Source of the DNA: a virus
Lineage: Duplodnaviria > Caudoviricetes
IMG/VR virus record: IMGVR_UViG_3300033075_001536
Span: 96,001-160,000 of that record
Strand: one strand, 5' to 3'
Length of the DNA: 64,000 bases
Below are positions 51,573 through 58,975 of this stretch, piece by piece. The position numbers and the translations under genes are program-made. Each line of letters begins with the position of its first letter. Position 1 is the stretch's first letter. The notes under the pieces are model-generated. The model was given only the letters and a program-made list of their open reading frames with translations, was not told the origin of the DNA and did no database searches.

Positions 51573-51594
51573 GGCAAATTATATCAAATATACG

Positions 51595-51621
51595 AAACTT
51601 AGTTGAAATAGTGGAATATAA
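51595..51621 (+). promoter_or_regulatory. AAACTT-N16-TATAA promoter
   Basis: Bipartite motif upstream of the glycosyltransferase. Confidence 0.55.
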
Positions 51622-51643
51622 ATAAAAATATTTCATAACAACT

Positions 51644-52453
51644 ATGGCAGATACTGCTCAATCAACTCCAGTAAATTATCCAAAATCAAATACTAAAAAT
51701 GGATTCTCTTTTACTTTTATAATTCCCTATCAACATAAAATGGATAGACTAATGAATCTAAAGAGAGTGGTGGAATGGGTGTCTGCTTTTCAAGGAGTGG
51801 AGATTATATTAGTTGAACAAGATAGAGTTCCAAGAATTAAAAACATATTTTTAAAAAACACACAATATTATTTTGTAAAATCGGAACTTCCTTTTAATAA
51901 AGCTCTTGCCATGAATGTTGGACTAAAGCATGCTCACTCACCGGTAATAGTTTTTGGAGATGCTGATATTATCATGGATCCTCAGCAATTTATAAATGGG
52001 TTGAGTTTAATTAATCAATACGAATGTGTTAGTCCATATAATAAAGTAATTGACCTTGAAGCAAATGAGGTTAATGGTGGTCTCGAATACTGGAAAACAA
52101 TCAATAGACCTGGTCGTGGAGAAACAGATATTCAGAAAATTTGTTTGGCTGGGGGAATTATTATGTTTCGTAAAGATGCTGCTTTAAAGATTGGTGGGGC
52201 TTCACAAGAATTTCTTGGTTGGGGCGCAGAAGATGACCATTTAAGCTTTAAAATAAAAGGTCTTTTAAGTTGGTATGAGGCACCTGGAACTTGCTATCAT
52301 TTGTATCATTCTAAGGTAGTGCCAGATATGACTTACTATCAAAGAAATTTACAACTTTTAAATAAGTTAGTTCAGATGAATAGAGATGAATTAATTAGAT
52401 ATGTTGCTGGAACTAGTAATAAAATTGGAATGTTGAACTATTATGATAGATAA
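51644..52453 (+). CDS. GT-A glycosyltransferase (GT2/GT7 galactosyltransferase-like)
   Basis: IIPY, VEQ, FNKALAMNVG, DAD, GWGAEDD, HLYH. Confidence 0.85.
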   Translation: MADTAQSTPVNYPKSNTKNGFSFTFIIPYQHKMDRLMNLKRVVEWVSAFQGVEIILVEQDRVPRIKNIFLKNTQYYFVKSELPFNKALAMNVGLKHAHSPVIVFGDADIIMDPQQFINGLSLINQYECVSPYNKVIDLEANEVNGGLEYWKTINRPGRGETDIQKICLAGGIIMFRKDAALKIGGASQEFLGWGAEDDHLSFKIKGLLSWYEAPGTCYHLYHSKVVPDMTYYQRNLQLLNKLVQMNRDELIRYVAGTSNKIGMLNYYDR

Positions 52454-53279
52454 ATTATGTTGTTATAAAGAAATTGAACAGGATCATTCTGGACCTATGC
52501 AGATTCATTATGTAGAAACCCTGATGCAAAAAACAGTAAAAGAACTTAATGATATAAAATCAGAATTAAGAGGAGTAACTATTGGGTCTTTAATTGATGA
52601 GAATGATAAGTCTGAAATTTCTAAAATTTTAGAAAAACACGGATTTGATTCGATTGAAGAGTACCAAAGGGAAGTTGAGACTGGTGGTTGGGAAGAATCT
52701 TCTAATCCATTTTTAACACAACAAGGAATGCCAACAGGATCAACAATATCCGCTTTTTCTGGCAATGCTAGAACTATGGGGTTAAAGGTAAGAGCTCAAA
52801 CTCTACATCCAAGAAAATTCAATAGTGTCAAGGATGTCGAAGATGAATTATTAAACATATTAATGTCCGAGTCTAAGAAAAATACCTTAAATCTATTTAA
52901 AAAAAATGGAGTTAATTTTGATATTGACTCATCTAAAATTCCAAATCAAATTGCAGGAATTCCATCTTCTTTGGAAAGAAAAGTGATGAGTAAAATAATC
53001 CATCTATCTAGCTTGATTGCTGTTGAAGGAAGAATTGGACCAGCTACACATATCTTAATTCATCCAAAATTAACTTTACAGTATAATAATATTAACACTG
53101 CTGGGTTTTCATTACTTACTTCTAGTAAAATTGAAAAAAATAGAGTTTATGTTTTTAGAAATTCGGACAATTCTAACAATAATCAAATATATGTTACCTA
53201 TAATAAAACTTTAAATGAATATTATATTGGAATCACTAATGCAATTAAGAATAATTGTTTTACCTTTGAAATTATTTAA
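52443..53279 (+). CDS. Degenerate major-capsid-protein-like protein
   Basis: RKVMSKI...SSLIAVEGRIGPATHILI resembles the gp23 'IA..T.RG.GNFII' region; GLKVRAQT. Confidence 0.45.
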   Translation: MIDKLCCYKEIEQDHSGPMQIHYVETLMQKTVKELNDIKSELRGVTIGSLIDENDKSEISKILEKHGFDSIEEYQREVETGGWEESSNPFLTQQGMPTGSTISAFSGNARTMGLKVRAQTLHPRKFNSVKDVEDELLNILMSESKKNTLNLFKKNGVNFDIDSSKIPNQIAGIPSSLERKVMSKIIHLSSLIAVEGRIGPATHILIHPKLTLQYNNINTAGFSLLTSSKIEKNRVYVFRNSDNSNNNQIYVTYNKTLNEYYIGITNAIKNNCFTFEII

Positions 53280-53290
53280 TATATATTTGC

Positions 53291-53845
53291 ATGATAAAGA
53301 ACTATAAAATGTTTATAGAGTCATTGGAAATTGGAGATGATACCGATCACGGTAAAGTTTTGTGGGTAGATAAACCTTATAAAAATAAAGATGGATCCAA
53401 TGCCGATCTTTTGGTTAAAATAAAACCATTTGACAATAAAGAATTTATTTGGGCAAGAGAATCAGAAATAACAAAATTAGAAAAAGATAAACCTATGGAA
53501 ACACAAGAAATTACAAACAATTTAAAACCAGAAATCGAATTTTCTGATTTAATAAAATCCGACATACGAGCTTGTAGAGTCGAAAAAGTTGAAAGAGTTA
53601 AAGGAAAGGACAGACTTTTACTTTTAACGGTGGATACTGGATTTGACCAACGACCAATTGTTACCAATCTTGGTGGATCACATAAACCAGAAGAATTGGA
53701 AGGAAAAATATTTCCTTTTATTTTAAATTTAAAACCAACTAAAATTGCAGGGATTGAATCCAAAGGTATGATTTTTGCAGCTGATAAGGATGGTAAAACA
53801 TTCCTCATGGAACTACAAATGCCTCTCGGATCAAGAATTATATGA
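53291..53845 (+). CDS. tRNA-binding OB-fold (Trbp111/CsaA/MetRS C-terminal) with CTS-like N-terminus
   Basis: DIRACRV, DRLL.L.VD.G...R.IV, NLKP.KIAGIESKGMI. Confidence 0.85.
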   Translation: MIKNYKMFIESLEIGDDTDHGKVLWVDKPYKNKDGSNADLLVKIKPFDNKEFIWARESEITKLEKDKPMETQEITNNLKPEIEFSDLIKSDIRACRVEKVERVKGKDRLLLLTVDTGFDQRPIVTNLGGSHKPEELEGKIFPFILNLKPTKIAGIESKGMIFAADKDGKTFLMELQMPLGSRII

Positions 53846-54399
53846 AAAATTTAACACCATATATTGATTTTAATTCAGAGTTTTCTGATGAAGAGAAAAT
53901 GAAAAGGATGTTAAGTGATGAAGATCATTATACCAACCTATTAAATATTCTAATGAATGATTTGAAAGGTAAATGGTATGAAAAAATTGGAAAATATTTG
54001 GTTGGTAAATTTGGAAAAAGACTACCAAATGATTACCATTGGGTAAAATGTGAAAAGAATGATGATTTTAGATTTGTTGGAATCGCTTTTATGACTGGTA
54101 GTTTAGGAAATCTCAGTTTAAATGCAGAAACCATGCAAAAACTATGGGGAAATCCAATATTTCATGATAATTTTGGAGAAGGTGGTTTGGAAGACTTTGA
54201 AGAAGATTCTAGTGGATATGCTTCTTATTTTAAAACCATTAATGGACTAAATTTCCATATTGGATATGATCATCGTGGAACTGGTGTCGAGGTAATGTCT
54301 ATTTCTAATTTTTCACCAGCAACTCGTAAATATCCACCAGCAGAAGATGTTTTCAGTGCTTTAAAATTGTTGGTGGATGAGGTTGTTTATCTATATTAA
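53842..54399 (+). CDS. Hypothetical protein with CTS-like N-terminus
   Basis: MKNLTPYIDFNSE; HIGYDHRG. Confidence 0.6.
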   Translation: MKNLTPYIDFNSEFSDEEKMKRMLSDEDHYTNLLNILMNDLKGKWYEKIGKYLVGKFGKRLPNDYHWVKCEKNDDFRFVGIAFMTGSLGNLSLNAETMQKLWGNPIFHDNFGEGGLEDFEEDSSGYASYFKTINGLNFHIGYDHRGTGVEVMSISNFSPATRKYPPAEDVFSALKLLVDEVVYLY

Positions 54400-54905
54400 A
54401 ATTTAAAAATTAGTCTAAGTCCTTTATTTTCATATTGAAAATCCGACTCTTCAAATTTATATTCATCCAAAATTCGAATCATAAAATCTTTTAATAGTTC
54501 ATAATTTTTTTCAGATTCTTCTGAATTGGTGGTGATATCATAGTCCTGATTTTCATAAAAAAGGAATTCGATTTCAAAGGTGGCTTCACATACTTCTAAA
54601 TTCCACATTGAGTCAGGAATATTGTTTAATGATGTCACATTATTATAGTAATCATTTAGTATAAATTTATTATTTTCATCGATTAGTTTTAACATATATT
54701 CACCATGTCTATTCGCGTCTAGGTGTAACCAATATTCAATTCCCCCTGGTTTTCCTAATTCATCTGTAACAGAGTGCAAAGCATAGATAATATCTTCAAC
54801 ATCGGTTGTTTTTAGAAATTTATCAATTTTTTCTTTTAGAGATATTTTTGGATTAAGTATTTCTTTTTTCTTGAAAATATTTAAAAATTCTTCATAGGTT
54901 TTCAT
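54396..54905 (-). CDS. CTS-like peptide protein (MKTYEEF)
   Basis: N-terminus nearly identical to the T4 CTS MKTYQEF. Confidence 0.6.
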   Translation of the reverse strand: MKTYEEFLNIFKKKEILNPKISLKEKIDKFLKTTDVEDIIYALHSVTDELGKPGGIEYWLHLDANRHGEYMLKLIDENNKFILNDYYNNVTSLNNIPDSMWNLEVCEATFEIEFLFYENQDYDITTNSEESEKNYELLKDFMIRILDEYKFEESDFQYENKGLRLIFKF

Positions 54906-55933
54906 ATTTTAAAAATTAATTTTACTAAAGAGTATCCATCATTATTATTTGGTTTCTCTATATCTAATTCAAATTTTTCAAAGTTTATCATATCACATAT
55001 TCTTTCTCCACATTCTTTGATTATATTTGTTTTTTCCTTGTCTAGATGATTTGAAAGGAAATTTGTGGGTGAAAGATTGAAATTAACGGATTTTATTTTT
55101 TGAAAAAATGTCTGTCTATTGAATTCTTCGTTATATATATCTTTGGTTTTAAAGGAGATATTAAAGCTAAAGTCATCACCAACAAATATGTCTTGTGCCA
55201 GATCAACTAATTCTGATAATTTTTTAGGATCAGTACTCATTATTGAAATTGGTAGAAATCTATCATTTTTAATACTAAAATAGACAACACTATTATCAAC
55301 CATTCCAGGAAAGGTGATATCATATTCAAATTGAAAATCTCTTTCCGGATCATTCATATCATTCATATTTTGTTGTTTCCTGCTAACCTTAATCTCATCT
55401 GTTATTTCTAACAAAACACTTTGTATATCCGAAACAGGAATTTCTAAAAGTTCAAGAAATTTTTTCCCATATTCTTTTTTTGGTTTTTCACCAACTCTAA
55501 ACCCATATTCTCCCCTAAATCGATCTATGAACCCTTCATAGTGCTTATTAAATTTATTTTGAAGTGGCTTTCTTCTTATTTGTCTTGGCGTCATTTTTTC
55601 AAAAATTATAACCAATTTTCCCTGTCGTTTAACCTTTTTATATGTAAAGTAGTTATTCCTAACTAATATTTCTTCAATTCTATCAATATATTCTTTATAT
55701 AAATCATTTTCTGTAAATTTATATAACCACATTTGAAAGGAAGAATTTTTTCTTTCTATTCTATCTGGATCTATTACAATTTCTATTTTTTTATCAAATT
55801 GGTATATTTCAACACCATATGACTCATCTTCTAAGATATAAGATAGTTCTTTTATTTCTTGAATAATATCAATAACTGATTCAAACATTTTAAATCTATC
55901 ATATGTTTTAATTCTTGGCTCTGACCTTTCCAT
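54902..55933 (-). CDS. Two-domain repeated family protein
   Basis: IKTYDRFKMFES; internal KFNKHYEGFID; two 'DI...L..D' modules. Confidence 0.6.
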   Translation of the reverse strand: MERSEPRIKTYDRFKMFESVIDIIQEIKELSYILEDESYGVEIYQFDKKIEIVIDPDRIERKNSSFQMWLYKFTENDLYKEYIDRIEEILVRNNYFTYKKVKRQGKLVIIFEKMTPRQIRRKPLQNKFNKHYEGFIDRFRGEYGFRVGEKPKKEYGKKFLELLEIPVSDIQSVLLEITDEIKVSRKQQNMNDMNDPERDFQFEYDITFPGMVDNSVVYFSIKNDRFLPISIMSTDPKKLSELVDLAQDIFVGDDFSFNISFKTKDIYNEEFNRQTFFQKIKSVNFNLSPTNFLSNHLDKEKTNIIKECGERICDMINFEKFELDIEKPNNNDGYSLVKLIFKI

Positions 55934-56444
55934 ATTTAATTAAAAGTTTATAGAATTTTTCATATTCTTCTTCTGGATTTTCAACCTTTTTTGGAATCCA
56001 CTTTTCGTTATTTAAATATTCTACAATCATTCCATTTTTTAAATCTTCTTTTTTTGAAATATTTTTGTAGGTATTAGCTTCTATAAAAGAGAAGGATTGA
56101 GCTCCTAAAATATAGGATGGTAAATTCGAATCTGTGTTGTAATTAATTAGAGTAAGTGGTTTTTCAGATCCATTTTTTGATATTTTTTTTACTAAACTAT
56201 CTCCCATATATTTAACATTTAGACTATTTTCATTAAATACCTCCAATAGATGAATAGCATCTCTTCTAGTCTCATCATTTCCGGAATTTGGAAAAGCTAT
56301 TATGCAATTTTCAAATTCTCCATTGTAATAGGATTTCATTTCTACAATATGATAATTCTTAGAATATAGATAGGATGAAATATTTCCAATGTTTTTGGAA
56401 GATATAATTAGATAAGATATACTTTTATCACCTAGGTTGAGCAT
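55908..56444 (-). CDS. Hypothetical late protein
   Basis: TAATATATA upstream. Confidence 0.6.
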   Translation of the reverse strand: MLNLGDKSISYLIISSKNIGNISSYLYSKNYHIVEMKSYYNGEFENCIIAFPNSGNDETRRDAIHLLEVFNENSLNVKYMGDSLVKKISKNGSEKPLTLINYNTDSNLPSYILGAQSFSFIEANTYKNISKKEDLKNGMIVEYLNNEKWIPKKVENPEEEYEKFYKLLIKYGKVRAKN

Positions 56445-56460
56445 ATCTTATATATTAAGT

Positions 56461-57666
56461 TTATACTTCATTAAATTCCTCTAAAATAGCAGCATTGAAA
56501 ATATCTTCAATATTTTTCTTGTGTGATCTTGGAACAATGATAGAGTCATGAACGGTTAATATTTTAACCTCTGGATATAAGTTCATAATTCTTCTGACAA
56601 TGGTTCTAAAAATTAAATTAGATTCAGCTTTTTGTAGATGGTAGGCTAAAATTTTATAGTCATTATGCTCTTCTTTGTATAATTTAATAAAATTATGAAT
56701 CGTTGGAAATAATTTTTTAAATTTCATATCTGCAGCAGAATTTTTCTGATTTCTGCCGAATAAAACTTTATAGGTAATTTCTTTTACTTCTTTTCTATCT
56801 TTTGTGTGCAAGTTATCCATTAAAAATTGATAATAATTTCCAGACAAAGTTAGTGTTTTAAATAAGTCATATTCCTCTTTAATAACCCAAGATGTTTTGG
56901 AATCCTTTATTAATTTAGTTAAAAATAATGGTTGTGAATTGTGTATATCAATTTCATCTGTTTCTTCTCCGTCAATTAAAAGGCAATTTTTACGAATAAA
57001 TCCTTTTAAAATAGTAAAATTGGTATGCATTCTACCAAAGGTGTCAAAGTGGTAAAAAATATGATTCTCATTTATAGACTCAACTGAATATTTATTTCTG
57101 TTATAGATATCAATATCTTCTCTTTTTAGAGTGTCTAGATAGAAAATAGATCGTTCAAATTCTATTTGAACACTATATAAATCATCAATTAGCTTTTCAC
57201 GAACATCTAGGGGTATGATATTTTTATCATCCATCTCGTATTCGGCTAGTTTATTTTTATATTTTTTAAGTAAAAATTTATCTTCATTTTTATATCGATA
57301 AATACTAGATCTTAAAATACTTGGATTGATGCCATATATTCTAGCATTTCTTCCCTTTTTATAGTTTTGTATGAGTTGAAATATATTATTTTCCACTAAA
57401 TAATCGATATAGAAATTATATTGATATCCATATTTTTCTTTAAGGATGGTGGCTGATATGTTAAATCTATTTTCCTTTCTAAAATAATATCTAAGAAGCA
57501 GATTATGTACTATATCAATGATATAAGCTGATTTTAGCTTTTTTTCTTGGAAAATAAAGTGTTTTTCCTTAGAAAGTTGAACTAACTTTGCAGGCAAAAA
57601 TTGTAAAGAAAATTTTTTGTCTTTATATTTTTTTACCTTTATAGGAGCTACAACAGTTTTGATCAT
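56461..57666 (-). CDS. Compact family A polymerase-like protein
   Basis: GRMHT, IDIHNSQP (motif A-like), RKEVK...YKVLFG (motif B-like), LQKAES, LTVHDS (motif C-like). Confidence 0.65.
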   Translation of the reverse strand: MIKTVVAPIKVKKYKDKKFSLQFLPAKLVQLSKEKHFIFQEKKLKSAYIIDIVHNLLLRYYFRKENRFNISATILKEKYGYQYNFYIDYLVENNIFQLIQNYKKGRNARIYGINPSILRSSIYRYKNEDKFLLKKYKNKLAEYEMDDKNIIPLDVREKLIDDLYSVQIEFERSIFYLDTLKREDIDIYNRNKYSVESINENHIFYHFDTFGRMHTNFTILKGFIRKNCLLIDGEETDEIDIHNSQPLFLTKLIKDSKTSWVIKEEYDLFKTLTLSGNYYQFLMDNLHTKDRKEVKEITYKVLFGRNQKNSAADMKFKKLFPTIHNFIKLYKEEHNDYKILAYHLQKAESNLIFRTIVRRIMNLYPEVKILTVHDSIIVPRSHKKNIEDIFNAAILEEFNEV

Positions 57667-57720
57667 GGAATAAATTAGTGTTCCATTTATATATTTTGAA
57701 TCAAAATGGTTGGTAAGAAT

Positions 57721-58116
57721 TTAAGGTTTTTTATTAATTTCTTCGAATGCAAAATACATTCTATTTCCAGTTCTAGAGACATATACATCTCTGTAACAGA
57801 TGGCATACCCAAAACTACATATTCTCTCTAATAATTCATCCGTCATTTGAAAGATGTCAAACATGTCTGAATTTACATTTGGATCTTGTGACATACTTTC
57901 AGTTGATCTTGATATTCCTAACAGAAAATCACCTTTGGGTTTTGGATAAATCATTAAATGCGGCTTAATATGATTTCTATTAGAATCTCTATCCTTACTT
58001 AGTTCAATAGTATCGACACGAAACCCCTCAGAAATCAAATCAGCTGCCATATTTTTAAGATCATCTTCAATTTTTGAGTATTTGCTAGATTCATTAAATG
58101 GTTTGATATGTCTCAT
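57721..58116 (-). CDS. CTS-like peptide protein, repeated family
   Basis: MRHIKPFNES; DLKNMAADLISEGF. Confidence 0.6.
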   Translation of the reverse strand: MRHIKPFNESSKYSKIEDDLKNMAADLISEGFRVDTIELSKDRDSNRNHIKPHLMIYPKPKGDFLLGISRSTESMSQDPNVNSDMFDIFQMTDELLERICSFGYAICYRDVYVSRTGNRMYFAFEEINKKP

Positions 58117-58514
58117 CTTTTACTAGTTGTATTTATTGTTACCTCCAGACAGTAATATAATTCACCATCTTCATAATCAGTACCATAGGTATCAAAGAAA
58201 TTTTTGTCCCATTCTTTTAAATATTCCACACTTGGCAACTTATCTAATCTACACATTGGACTTGTGGATATATCAACAAATTGATAGATAATTTGGCTAA
58301 TTTTATAATCTGTTTCTAAATGCTCATAGGCATCTTTAAAATCTTGTTCAATTTCTATGTATTGATTTAAATCTTTAAATTTTACTCTAACAGATTCAGC
58401 ATCTTTTGCATAGGAACGATCTTCGACTTCTAATCCAAATTCATCCCCAATAGATTGGAAATAAATGGATAGTCCTTCGTGGACATTACTTTCGTTAAAT
58501 TTCAATATTTTCAT
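58113..58514 (-). CDS. CTS-like peptide protein, repeated family
   Basis: MKILKFNES; YFQSIGDEFG. Confidence 0.6.
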   Translation of the reverse strand: MKILKFNESNVHEGLSIYFQSIGDEFGLEVEDRSYAKDAESVRVKFKDLNQYIEIEQDFKDAYEHLETDYKISQIIYQFVDISTSPMCRLDKLPSVEYLKEWDKNFFDTYGTDYEDGELYYCLEVTINTTSKR

Positions 58515-58525
58515 TAAACTATATA

Positions 58526-58687
58526 TTAAATACCGAGAAGATATTTAATAGCAATCATTCTAATATATTTTGTTGGTGCTGGATATATTCTTCCTCTATT
58601 TGTTTTTTCAAATGTGGTAAAAATTCCTTCAAGGATATATTTTGAGGAGTTCTTCAATTTTTGATTTTCTGGATTTTTTGGCAACAT
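58526..58687 (-). CDS. Micro-ORF (53 aa) resembling the N-terminus of a gp21-type prohead protease
   Basis: Manual translation ...KYILEGIFTTFEKTNRGRIYP...YIRMIAIKYLL. Confidence 0.55.
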   Translation of the reverse strand: MLPKNPENQKLKNSSKYILEGIFTTFEKTNRGRIYPAPTKYIRMIAIKYLLGI

Positions 58688-58818
58688 ACTTGTATATTGA
58701 GGAAATTTTATATTTTTGGATCAAATAATGATGATTCACTAATAGTTGGTGTTTTATGTGAGATTATATATGGCATCCAAACATATCCTGGATTATTTGG
58801 TTTGTTTCCAACTTTCAT
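58629..58818 (-). pseudogene. Micro-ORF resembling the C-terminus of a gp23-type capsid protein, interrupted by a +1 frameshift near 58710
   Basis: MKVGNKPNNPGYVWMPYI...SESSLFDPKI* then in the +1 frame KISSIY...SRKSKIEELL. Confidence 0.55.
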
Positions 58819-58975
58819 TTAAAAGCTCTTCTATTTTTTCTTTTCGACTGCGTAGATCTGGTGATTGATCACCTATAATCATAAAATTACCATATCCTTT
58901 TCTAGAAGATTTGTTAATATGTTTAGAAGCTTTAATTAGTTTACTGATTAGCCTCCTTTGATCCAAGCTTTTCAT
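58793..58975 (-). CDS. Micro-ORF (60 aa) resembling a central gp23 capsid segment plus RKEKIEELL tail
   Basis: QRRLISKLIKASKHINKSSRKGYGNFMII. Confidence 0.6.
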   Translation of the reverse strand: MKSLDQRRLISKLIKASKHINKSSRKGYGNFMIIGDQSPDLRSRKEKIEELLNESWKQTK

